From NCBI GenBank assembly GCA_021613535.1, contig CP075492.1:7750001-7814000 (forward strand): a DNA stretch of 64,000 bases. The letters run 5' to 3'. The stretch's first letter is position 1. The number at the start of each line of letters is the position of its first letter. Below are positions 1 through 13,300 of this stretch, one piece after another. The notes beneath the pieces are model-generated. The model ran no database searches and was not told where the DNA came from. It worked only from the letters and a program-made list of their open reading frames with translations. A program made the translations under genes and the position numbers. This DNA comes from Adineta vaga. Its lineage: Eukaryota > Animalia > Rotifera.

Positions 1-3000
1 TGGAATTGGTGCTTGTCTTGAATATATTGAATTCTTTTCTATTACTTCACAAAACAAAGCTTTAGCAATTGTTGCGAATTGTTGTATTCATATTTTAACA
101 CGCAATGATTTCAATTGTATACGTGTTCATCTCGAAAATCTTTCTAATCGCTTACGATCGGATGATAAAAAAACAATTGAACATGTTTGTTCAATATTTT
201 CACGTTTAGTAGAAAATTTTCATCGAGATTCATTAATTTTACGTGAAATCGCATCTACTCAATTACTTAAAACACTACAAACTATGCTCGTTGTTCAACC
301 ATCTTTATTGAATAGTGTAACATTTGTTAGTATTATTCATATGTTTTATATTTTCTCTGCTTATTGTCCAATACTTGCTGTTACATTACTGAAAATGAAC
401 ATAGCCGATACAATTCTATGTCTTCTAACGGGTCCATCAGAAAGTAGATCATCGTCAAAAACAATACCAATTACATATAAATCAGCAGCATTATCAACGA
501 ATGAAGCAACTTCAGTCAATATCTCATCAGTACAACAAACAAACAGTATTGAACTTATTTCACGTACACCACAAGAATTGTATGAAATTGTTTCTTTAAT
601 CGGTGAAATGATGCCACGATTACCAAATGATGAACCATTATTTCAAATTGATCAATTATTTCGTCGTAATACATTATCAAATAGAACTTATGATCCTACT
701 TCTAATGGTTATACTCTCTGGCATTGGCAAGATGATCAAGGTATTGTTGCTTTTTCTGACGAATAGATACGCTTCTTGTGTAATTGTAAATATCGTCAGC
801 TACAATATTTGGCCATTAAGAAGATAACTTCGAGCGATTCACACCTTTCTTTCCAATAGATACCTTGAGGCAATAAATGTATTTTTTCTATATCAATTTT
901 ATCTCAATGTCGAAAGATGAATATTACTTTCTATTTGATAATATTAATGACTAATTAATTGCTATTCTTCTATTTTAGGTCAATTACGTCCCTATTCATT
1001 ACAAGATTCTCGTGCAATTGAACATGCTTGGCAACAACATGAAGAAGAAGTTCAATTAATGATATCTGGCCGTCATTATCTTATTGATTTACAACAATTA
1101 CAACAGATCAATGAAGAAACAAATCAAGCTCGATTTATTAAACGTTTTGTTACACCTGATACAAGTGAACCACCAACAGAGTATAAACATTAACAATTTC
1201 TATTCTTATTCGATAAATTCAACTTATCTTTTTGTTTTTAGTATCACTGATGAACCAACAAATACTCTACGTCAACCAACAACAACGACAGTTTCTAATT
1301 CCGATGCTCGAACTGAAATGATGAAAGATAATATGGAATTATATAGCTCATTTATACAATCATTATTCACTGTTCTCTATGAAGTTTACAATTCATCTGC
1401 TGGTCCAGCTGTTAAACATCGTTGTTTACAAGCAGTACTTCGTATGATATATTATTCTCCATCGGATTTACTTGAAATCATTTTAAAACAACAATCAATC
1501 TCATCTCATATTGCTTCTATGCTTGCTTCATCTGATTATCGAATTGTTGTTAGTGCTTTACAAATGGCAGAAATTCTTATGAAAAAATTACCACAAATAT
1601 TTTCGACATATTTTTATCGTGAAGGTGTTGTACATCAAATAGAAATCCTTATTGGTTTTGGTGTTGTTTCATCATCAAATTTAACTCTAGCCCGTAGTAG
1701 TCATACAAGTGGAAGTCGTAGTCAACTTGATCTTGCTCATTTAAATGAACATTCTTCCTCACAAATTGAGCCAATTGAAGAACAAATACCAAAAACAACG
1801 ACGACAGCAGCAGCAGCAGCAACAACAACAACAACAGCACGTCGATATTATACGACTTCGGAATCATATCCAACAACAACAAGAATTGAAACACGTTCAC
1901 AACGTGCTCGTCTTCCTAAAACATCTACTCGTTCAATGTTCGAAGATTTTTCATCAAGATCTTTAGTTGGACGAGAAACCGGTGCTTCATTTTCTACGGG
2001 ATCTCTCGATATTAATCTTGGTCGTGGACGACCGACACGTGGTGGCGCTAGTACCACTGCTAGTGTTCTTCCTCCACCAGTCCTCTTTCGACCAACATCA
2101 TCTTTTGATTCATCAACTTATTATCCTCGAACACCTGTTTATGTTCCATCACCTTATACTTATACATCGAGTGCACCCGTTGCTGCTTCTCTTATAAATC
2201 AAGTGACACCTCCACAACAATATCAAATTGTTTTATCATCTCAAGAAAAAGCGAAATTAAAAGACTGGATACAAAATCAAGCAAAAACATTTCGTTCGAC
2301 ATATTTTTCAAATAATTCTTCTACATCAAATCATGCTTTACAAATTATTGAACGTTTAGCATCAGCCGTTGACATATTACATGTTGGAAAAGAGTCGGTA
2401 GAAAATAGTAAAGCATTACGTGATATTGCTAATATCATTGCTAAAGGTGATGTTTCACCATTTGAAATGGTTCATAGTGGATTAATTACCAAATTATTTC
2501 AATATTTAACAGATAATATATCAATACCAAATGATCGGCCAGAACGATTGAAACAGTTTTTAAATATTTTTATTACTATACCAATTGAAAATGATGATGC
2601 AACTTTAAAACAATATCTCATTGAACTTCAACATAGTCAAATAAATCACGGAAAAACTCATCATCGAAATGAATATAATGTTTTAAGCCATTTGATTTCA
2701 AAATTACATGGATGTATCAATCAACTTGAACAATTTCCAATTCGAGGTAAATATTTCTGAATAAATTTCGTTATTGTATTTATAAATTTGATTCTTTTGT
2801 TTTTCTAGTCAACGATATTGCTGGTCGACCTGCTCATAGTTCAGCACTTCGTTTATTTACAACTCATCAATTAAAATGTAATCTTATTCGTCATCCACAA
2901 TGTAAAACATTGAAACAATGGAATAGTGGTCCGGTGAAAATAGATCCACTTGCACTTGTTTCAGCTATCGAAAAATATCTTCTTCTACGTGGTATTGCTA

Positions 3001-5880
3001 ATAATACAATGGTGAGTAATAAAACAATTTAATTCAATAGTTTAAATCGTTCGTCATCAACTGTTCGAATCTATTCCATGGAGAAAAGACTTGTCTTTCT
3101 AACTGAATTTCTATTTGACAGTTTAAGAAGAAATATTTTCTCCGAAAATGAAATTTCAAGCATCATTGATCACTATTCTTTATCGATTAATAATGATAAC
3201 CAATGGGAAAATATGCTTATGCTACATGTTCGTTTGTTTTTTCTTTGTTTATTATATAGGATGATCCATCGAATACAATGGATGATGAAGAAAGTGAAGT
3301 ATCAAATGAATCGGACGCAGAAGATGTTATCAATGTTTTAGCACGTTCATCAACAATGAGATTAGAATTTTTAATTAATGATCATATTATTCCACATAAT
3401 ATGACCATTTATCAAGCAGTTCGATTATATAGTAGTATTCCATCACAACGAACACGGTAAGATCTATGATGATATAGAAAAAAAGAATTAATAGTTGTTA
3501 TTTTAGTGATAATGAATCAGAAACCGATAATGATGAATCGATATTTTCATCTTCGGCATTATGGACACGTGTACATACAATTAATTATCGACAAGCAAGT
3601 CATACATCATCGACAGTACCTGCTGTTAATACTGCTATCGGTGGTGCAAGTGCTACAGCATCATCGAGTCGTTTACGACGAACAACACATTCACATAATT
3701 CATCGAAAAAATCCATTAAAACTCCAAAACGTACTTCAATACTTCCAATTGTTGATGAATTATGGATTAATGGTCATTGTCCTATACCAAAATCATTACT
3801 AACATCAGCACTCAACGAATCTATTTCATCCATGTTAACAATCAATGATTTATCATTAAATGCCATCTTTCTTCTTCGAATATTGAATGGTTTACATCTC
3901 TATTGGTATGATCTTTTCTATGATACAAATACAATATTAAATCATCAAAATTCCATATTAACATTAACATCAAAAAATGAATTCTATTCAGCAAAATTAA
4001 CTTCAAAAGTTAATCGACAATTACAAGATCCTGTTGTAATTATGATGGGTCAAATACCATCATGGATTACAGAAATGGGTTATTCATGTTCATTTTTATT
4101 TCCATTTGAAACTCGACAAATGCTTTTTTATCCATGTGCCTTTGATCGTGAACGTGCAATGCAACGGCTTTTAGATAGTTCAGATATTTTAACACAACAA
4201 CATAATAATGATCAAACTGAACGACAATCCATCATTCCAAGAATTGAAAGAAAGAAAGTACAATTATCACGAGGAAATATTCTACCTGAAATGGAAAAAA
4301 TTCTTGATAATTGGAATTCAAAACATTTCTTAGAAGTTCAATATGAAGATGAAGTAAATTCATCAAAGATCAAATCGATTATCTATGTAAAAATCTTTTA
4401 TATTTAGGTTGGTTTTGGTCTTGGACCAACACTCGAAGCATATTCATTACTATCGAAAGAATTACAAAAGAATGGAATGGAATTATGGAGAACAGATAAG
4501 ATTTTTGATACAATAAAAGGTAATTAGTTACTTGTGAAATGATTTGAAGTGTATTAATAAATTTTTATCTGTTCTTCATAGATAAAGATACAATCATACC
4601 AGAATATGTTGATAATCGCCATAGTATTTATCCTGCACCGTTTGGTCGAAATGCAAAAGCAAGTATTATAACGAAAATACGTCAGAAATTTAAGTTTATT
4701 GGTAAATTCATGGCGAAAGCATTGATGGATACGAGAATGGTAAAACTTTTCTTTTTATTTCGTTTGAAATATCAAATTGTTTTTTTTCCATCTAGATTGA
4801 TATGCCATTTAGTATTGTTTTTTATAAATGGATATTAGGACAAGAAGAATCATTAAATCTTGAAGATTTAATACATATTGATATAAATCTTTATGAACAA
4901 TTTAAAAAATTACAATCTATTGTTCATATACGTGATAAACTTATGATACAAAATCAAACCACGAATAAACAATCGACAACAAAAAAACGTTTGAAATCTA
5001 GAGATGATTGTCAAATAGAAAATTCTCCATGTACAAATAGTTTTGATGAAAATGACGAACGATTATATCTTGATGGTTGTAAAATTGATGATCTATCGTT
5101 AGTATTTACATTACCTGGTTATTCAAATATTGAATTGAAAAGAAATGGAAAAGATTGTTTAGTAACCATATATAATCTCGATGAATATATTAATGTAAGT
5201 TTAGTTAAAAATATATAGAATGTTTGTAATCTCTCTTTTGATTTTAGTTGGTTGTCTATTGGACATTAGTCGAAGGTGTTCGACGTCAATTTGAATCGTT
5301 TCGTGATGGTTTTAATTCTATCTTTCCTATTCATCATTTGAAATGTTTTTATCCTGATGAAGTATGTGAAATTTTATGAGAGAATGTTGATGTTTAGTTT
5401 GAAATTTGGTTTAGCTTCATCAAGTCTTTTGTGGTAGTGGATCAACTGAACTTTGGGATCTGAAAGTTTTACTTGAATCAACACGTTGTGATCATGGATA
5501 TAATTTGAATAGTCGTGCTGTAAAATGGCTTTTTGATATTATGATTAATTTTGATATTGATGAACAACGAGCATTCATACAATTTGTAACTGGTAGTCCA
5601 CGATTACCTGTCGGAGGTAAATTCTATGCAATTTTCAAGGAAAATTCAGATATTTCATTGATAAATTCTTGTAGGCTTTCGAATGTTACATCCACCGTTA
5701 ACAATTGTACGAAAAACAGCGGAAAATAATAGTGATAATAACAATCCTGATCTTTTCTTACCAAGTGTAATGACCTGTGTCAACTATCTCAAACTGCCAG
5801 ATTATTCATCAAAAGAAATCATGAAAGCAAAACTGACAACTGCAATACGAGATGGACAATATGCATTTTTACTTTCGTGA
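1..5880 (+). CDS. TRIP12: E3 ubiquitin-protein ligase TRIP12/ctrip-like (ARM repeats, WWE, HECT); multi-exon, 5' end outside the window
   Basis: Frame from base 2 reads [28 protein letters not shown] (TRIP12 ARM region). WWE domain ([25 protein letters not shown]...[18 protein letters not shown]) is split by the intron near 742-978. Further motifs: [60 protein letters not shown], and the HECT end [12 protein letters not shown]...[18 protein letters not shown]...GQYAFLLS*. Confidence 0.95.
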
Positions 5881-6110
5881 ACATTTTCTTGTTTGTACAG
5901 AAAAACTCTATGTTTATCTATGTATACATATATTCTAAGATTTTCTTTTTCTGTTCCATTTCTCATTGTTTCCATGCGCGCTTCGATAAAACTGCATATA
6001 CCTCCGAAATAACAAAAAAAAGTACTAAGATATATCATGATTGACGATCATTTAATCAAAGAGTAAAAGATAAAGATTATGTTCTATGTAGTTATTTCGT
6101 TTTGATCAAC

Positions 6111-6113
<3 letters not shown>

Positions 6114-6148
<35 letters not shown>
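6114..6148. repeat. (CT)n microsatellite
   Basis: Uninterrupted TC/CT dinucleotide run downstream of the TRIP12 stop. Confidence 0.95.
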
Positions 6149-6152
<4 letters not shown>

Positions 6153-6634
6153 ATATGTAGTTTTGGTTCTTTTCCTTTATTTGGCCATCTATTATTCTGT
6201 TCCTTTTTATCGATGTTAAACTTCTCTAGTTATTTTCTCTTCTTTAATTATAAAACAAAAACAAACTTCAAACTAAACATTCTCTTATTTGAATAAGTAC
6301 ATGGAAATTCTAGTAGTTTTCTTTTGTGTTATTCTAGATAATAAGATTTCAAAATTCTTCGAAGAAAAGTATAATCTCTTGGAATTGAAAAAGGTCAGTA
6401 AAGATGTTTCATTTCATCGTTATAATAAACGCAATGAACATAGTGCCCTCTTTATATTGAATGTTATTGGTTTAAATACAGAACAGAACAATCCAATAGA
6501 AATAAGAAATGTATAGGAAGGATAGACGATGGATGGAAATTTTTTAGTGTCATTCGAGTTTAGAAACTGTTTAGAAATTTTACTCTGACGAAATTCTATA
6601 TAGAAACTTCTCATTCTTCATTTAACTTGTTTAG

Positions 6635-9084
6635 ATGAGTCAAGCACCAAATCCATTCACTCAAGCAGCTAGTCAAGGTTATGGTGATTTTGCTCCAACA
6701 ATAGATGATGCTGATGAAGATGAAAACCATGTAGATGATGAAGAACAACAACAACAACAAGACGATGAAGTAGAAGGACCACAATCACCCGAACCTGAAG
6801 AACATGAAACAGATGAACATGGTGCGTTCATCTTTTTTTCCGAATAGATAATGTACAAAATAATTGTTTTATCGTAGGTTTTACTCAAACTCAAGAACGC
6901 TCATATCCAACTGGTATTGAATCTCCGGATGAAGATGAGAATGCAGATCAAATAGAAACATCTGATCACGAAGAAGAAGAAGAACAACAACAACAACAAC
7001 AACCGGAGAATGACGAGGATGATGATGATGATGAAGAAGCAGCAGCAGCAGGACCGAGCTCACCTCCAAATGAAGAGGAAGATGCATCGAACGATCAAGA
7101 AGAGGAAGATGTTGAAGATATAAGGAAAAAGCAATCACGTCGTCGTGTCCAAATTATGAACGATTCTGACAATGAAGATGAACCACAAATTGAATCAACC
7201 AGTGTCGTTAGTAAAGACAAGAATCGTAGTTTTCTCAATCAATTTGTGTAAATATATTTTTTACAACGGAAGATTGCATTTAATTGATGATTTTTTTTCT
7301 AGTACAAAACCTGAACATTCACCTAAGAAACATAAAAAACGTCATAGTGATGAACATCGACATCATCATGAGAAAAAATCCAAACGTTTTCGAAAAACGT
7401 CTGATGATGAAGAAAATTCTGGAAATGAAGAAGAAAAAGAAAAAGAAACGGACAATGTCGAAGCAACGTATGTTTAATATATGAAAAACGGTTGAGTATA
7501 AAACTAACAAGATATAATTTGTATTTAGATCTGATGTTGAAGATGTAGTCGATGATATTTTTGGTAAAGATGTCAATGAAAATGAGGTATCTATAAAATG
7601 CTTTTCTTTTCTCTGGCTAATTGAATTTCAAATGTCACTTAGGATGGAGATAATGATGATAAAGAAGAAGCTGCTGCTGAATTACGAGATCTTCAGGATG
7701 ATGAAGCAGTACAAGAAGAAGAAGATGAAGAAGGTGCTGACCAACAACAACAACATTATGATGCTGAAGAAGATGATGATGATGAATTAGCACAGAATGT
7801 CAAAAGTTCGAAAGGAAAAAGGTATGTAAATCAAATGAATAAAATTTAAACAAGAAACAAAATGTTTTTCTTATTTAGTAATATTGTTTATGATATTGAT
7901 TTATATTTGGAAAAGAAAGCTGAAAGACGTCGTGGCAATCGTCGTCGTGGTGGAAATCGTGGTGATGTGATTGATCTCGCTGGTCCAGATGCCGATAAGT
8001 TTGTTTCGAAATTAATTGATCAAATGAAAATAGCTACAGAAGAAGATCGAATATTCAATAAAAGTCGACAACCAGCGACGGCTAAACTTTTATTATTACC
8101 ATTAATCGAACAACATCTTTATCGAGCTGATTTAACTGAAATCTTTCTCGACAATGGAGTTTTAACAGTGTTCAAAGTAAGACATAAACTAAAACAATGA
8201 TTTCTGAAAGAAAAACGAAATTCATTTTTTAATCTAATTTCTAGGATTGGCTCAGTCCTTTACCAGATAAAAGTTTACCAAATATTAAAATTCGTGAATC
8301 AATAATTAAAATACTTCAACAAGTATGTTCGATTAGTTTACAAGAACTTGTCTATTATTCTAGTATAGTTTGGAGGAATAAATGTTGATGCATTACGTGA
8401 TAGTGGAATTGGTAAAGCTCTCATGTATTTATATAAACATCCACGAGAAACTAAAGAAAATAAAATAAAACTAATCAAAATTATTCGTAAATATTCACAT
8501 TGATTTCTTTTATTCAAATAGATAAACATTTTCTCATTCATTTAGATGATTGGGCACGACCAATATTTAATTTAGATACAGATTATAAACATCTCACACG
8601 TGAAGAACGACAACAACGTGATGCTGATCAAGCTTCACTCAAACGACAAACATCTCAAACAGGCAAACCTAAAAACCGAAGTGCTGATATGGATTTACCA
8701 TTTGCGAGTAACAAGTATGTACGAGTTTTTATTCACTTTGTCTTATAAAAAAACCGAATGTTATTCTACTGGAATTTTTTTAGACGGCAAGGCAACGATG
8801 ATGAAATGGATGAAGAAGATTGTCCACGTGCTCGTGTACCACGGCCATCGAATAAGGATTATGTTGTACGTCCTGTTTCGACAGTTGACTATTCAGACAA
8901 AAAGGTTTTTATATCATCTTTCCAATCATTCAAATTCCTTCTGTTGTTTTTATAGGGTGATGGAAAAAAGAGATCTATATCCCGTTTGGATGAACTTAAA
9001 CGACGTCAGCAAGATCGCAAACGACTTTCAAAACCCATGTCTATAGTCAAACTTAGTATTGAAGGAAATAAAATGCACTTATAA
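6635..9084 (+). CDS. IWS1: IWS1/Spn1 transcription elongation factor homolog (multi-exon)
   Basis: Long acidic N-terminus, then [102 protein letters not shown], and terminal [10 protein letters not shown] (TAA 9082-9084). Confidence 0.93.
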
Positions 9085-9289
9085 GCCGAAAAAAGACATA
9101 GACATTCGAATTTTCTTTGTTTGTTTTCTTTTCTATGTGTTCAATTGAGAAAAAAGGAAAAAAAATAACATTCATGTCAATATGTATCTCTTTCGTTTTT
9201 GTATTTATTTTTCGTTTCTTCTGGACTAAAACAAAATCTAATCTATTCAAATCTAGATTTGTTTTGATTGAAAAGAAAAAAGAAAGAAA

Positions 9290-9737
9290 ATGACGATTAA
9301 TGGTGGTTTTGCATTGAATGGAAATCAATCCTTTCAAAGTGTCACTGGATCACCTCTCGAAATGTGTTCAAATTCACCATTAACTGGTTACTTTCGTAAT
9401 GGTATTGATCTTCTAATAAAGATTGTTTTATCTTTCCTTATTTTGAGGTTTTTGTGCTACATGTCCCGATGATTATGGTTTACATACTGTTTGTGCACAA
9501 ATGACACAAGAATTTCTTGATTTTACACGTTCGAAAGGAAATGATTTGTCGACACCATATCCACCTTCATTTCCAGGTCTTAAAGAAGGAGATAAATGGT
9601 GTTTATGTGCCTCACGTTGGTTTGAAGCATTTCAAGTTGGAAAAGCTCCAAATATTTTCGCTCGAGCGACAAATTCAGCAAATTTACAACAAGAACAAAT
9701 TAGTAGCTTACTTTCAAAAGCAATCGATTTAGCATAA
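9290..9737 (+). CDS. DUF2237 family protein (bacterial-type), two exons: 9290-9401 and 9448-9737
   Basis: Removing a 46-bp GT..AG intron (9402-9447) gives SVTGSPLEMCSNSPLTGYFRNGFCATCPDDYGLHTVCAQMTQEFLDFTRSKGNDLSTPYPPSFPGLKEGDKWCLCASRWFEA...RAT. This matches the DUF2237 signature as I recall it (TG.RDG.C...D.G.HTVC..MT.EFL...GNDLSTP...FPGLK.GD.WCLCA.RW). Confidence 0.88.
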
Positions 9738-10315
9738 CAAACAATAAGCGAATTCTCTGTATTTTATTGTAATAATCAAGCAGAAAGTTTTATTTAAAAA
9801 AACACGGATTGGATGAACCTACTGATTAGTAAGATTAACTATTTGTTGAGCGCAAAGATATGTTTTTGATAGAATGCAAGAAAATAGTCATGAGCAAAAG
9901 TAAGACACATGTATTCATAGGATAAATTTGCTTTCAACGTTATATAAAGAACTGCATCCATGTTATCTTCATGTTCTAATCATACATACATTCTTAATAG
10001 AAAGTGAAATATGAAGAGATATGATACTTTAATACTCGACAGAAAAAACGGTTCTTTCTTTTTCAAGTACAAGTAGTTGTCCGTTAATTTGAATTTTTAG
10101 TGCATAGTATGCATGCCGTATCGTTGAACATATTCACTGGAAAAGCTATAACCGAGAGTGGCGGATGATTGGAAATATTAACATTTTTGAAAACTCTTAT
10201 CATAATATACTGACGAATACTGTTTTAATTAAGTAGATAAATGAACATATATGACACAAAATAAACACAAAACGATTTGCAAAACAACATTATAAAAGTA
10301 TTACGCATGAATAGG

Positions 10316-13300
10316 TCATTTCATTGTATCCAGTGAAGTATTACTCAACGTAGAGGTCGAATGTCTTTTTTGACTGATATACACCTAAATAGACAAAGTT
10401 AGTTAGTAATCTTTAGTATAAATTTATCTTACTCGATTTAGTGCTTCAAACAATTGATCAATTTTCTTAGGAAATGTTTCAACTGAATCAATATATTTTA
10501 CTCGTGATAGCTCATCATTGAATTTCATTTCACTGGATTTTCCTAATCCTAAAAACACCAAAGAAATTACTTCGTACAAAATAATACAACTATCAGTCTA
10601 TCTCACCGATCCATTGTCGGAACTTTTGAATCATATATTCCAATACAACTTCATCTTTATTGTTAGTGTTGGTATCGTCACGAACTACTCGAAAATTATC
10701 ACTGATAATGGTAACAAACATACTCATACAAACAAAGACGATCAATAAAATGAACAAACTAAAAGCAAATGGTCCAAGAAATGGTGCGGCATCTTGTAAT
10801 TCATGTGCATCGAATTTCATTAACATCATTTCAAATAACATTTGTGCTGTATGTAATAATGTTGAACAACTCCACAATTTACCAATAAATAATAAGTAAA
10901 ACAATGCAAGAAATGCCATAAATACAAAAGAAAACATTCCAAGGAATGAAATCAAATCTCGTCGTGCATGTTCTAATGTCTTTGTAAACAAAGACAAACG
11001 TCGATGAAATCGACAAAGACGAAGAAATTTCAATGTACCGAAAAAACAACAAAAACCAAGAAGATATGTTAAGACATCATTGATATAATTTGTCAATTGT
11101 AAATTTATATAAACATATCCATTCGTCTCTCGAAATCGATTACCAATCGATATTGATTGATGATATCGCCAGATATAAACACCTAAAACACCCCACGAAC
11201 AACCAATTATACCAACATCAACATAACTCCAAAAATGATGAAAATATGAACATTTCAAATGAAGAAATCGTCGAATTTCATGAATCATATTATAAATAAC
11301 AAATAACATATAAATTATTGTACAAATTAATTGAAATGTTGATGTAAAAACTAAATAAAACGATAAGATTCAATCAATTTACATCATAAAGATAAATTAA
11401 ACAAACTTTGAAATGAACTTGGTTCAAAACGATATTGTGAAATTAAACCACCTGTTGATAAAAATTCTGTTAGAAATATTCCTGAAGTAAATAAATCAAT
11501 ATTTGGATTATATAATGTTAATTGAATAAGTATTGCTCTTGTTTGTTGATCAATCCAATTCCATCGATGAAGTTCAGATAAATTACTTTGTAATTCATTC
11601 AATCGTCCACGATATTCATAAATAAATCCATTAGAACTATATGTTGCATGATTACCTATATACATATATTGATCAAATTTATTATTCAATTCATAAATAA
11701 ATGCTTGTTCAATTGATGAATTCAAATCTTCTCTTTTTCGATTAGTTTCATTTATCCAACCAATTTGAAATGATTGTTTTTCTTCATTTAACAAATTATA
11801 ATCTTCATTACATTTCGATGAAATTTTACTAAAACATAAATTCTTTTTCACACGTAATTGTCTCATTAAAACTCTTCCAATCAATCGATTTGATTTATCA
11901 TTTATAAAACCACTTAGATTTCTTGCTGCATTACCATTATACCATTCTTGTGCACGAATATTTGATACAAAACTTCTTTCTAACCAATTCCAATAATTAT
12001 CAATTGTTGAAATCTATTCATATACATATTTATATTTAGTTATTCAATTAAAACAATCAAATTACTTTTCGATAATCTATATCGATTTGTCGAGAATTTA
12101 AAAAGAATTTTTCTAAATGATTTACTTGAAAAAATGCATTTGAATTTATATTTGAATAAGTTATCAAATAAATCAATGTTAAATAACAAATATAATTCAA
12201 TGTTTCACGAATAATTTCCCACATTCGAATCTCTTTCAAACGAATATCACGAGCATTTATTAATTCATCTTCATTTAAACGATTAACATCATTTCGATTT
12301 CGATTTCGATTTCGATTAATCAATGAAGATACTTTCTAAATTTATTAAATAATCTTTTATATTTAAATTAAATATTTAATCAATAAAATAAATAACCTGT
12401 GATGAATGAAGATATTCTTCATTTGAATTTAGATTAAAATCATTTTCATCTTCGAAATATTCAGCTGCTTCTTTATCTTTATCAGATTTACGAATAAAAA
12501 ATGCAAAAAAGATTGCTAATGCAATGATCTAGAAAAAAAGAATAAGAATAACAATGATTAAATAACTTTCTTATACAAAAAAACAAAATCATCTTACTTT
12601 CAATGGTTGAATAAGTAAAATCGATGAAAAGAATCCACTTACAAGTGATGTTAACCATTTTTGTATTTTAACATCACCAAATTCAATTCCACGAACAATT
12701 ATAAAAAATGATGAAACAATAATTATTAGAAATGATAAACCATATGCAATAAAAATATACCACCATGGAAAAATTAATCTTCGTCGTTTCTTTGTTGTTA
12801 ATTCAATTCTAAATATAATTAAACAAATAATATTCAACAATCTTTCGTTCGTTCATTTTCTTTCATTAACAAACTTTTTAATTGGTTCTTGTTTGAGTTT
12901 TACAAGTGTTTTATACAATGGAGATTGATCATCTTTACATTGACGAAGTGAAATTCGTCGAAATAATTCAATCAATAATAAACTTGGAATAAATGAAAGA
13001 AGTTCAACAATAATACCAATACTAATCTAAACATTTGATTTTAAAAATAAAAATGTTTTTCTTTATCATTTAAATTTGAGAAAAGAATTTCTACTTGTTC
13101 ACGAGTTAGAAGAAATGGTCCAAATGAAAGACTTCCTGTTATTTGATTTGCTTTTGCATTATTCATTTGATCATAATAGAGAATATTCAACAACATTGAA
13201 GTAAATAATAATACAAAACAACATGTACATCGTTGAACACGAGTAAATTTATTTGATGGTGGACGAGAAAAGATTGAAAACCATAAATGACCTTCAGACA

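Noticed and set aside
12293-12318. (GATTTC)n hexamer repeat
   Set aside because: Short coding microsatellite giving NRNRNRNRN in a polycystin loop; no sign of independent function.
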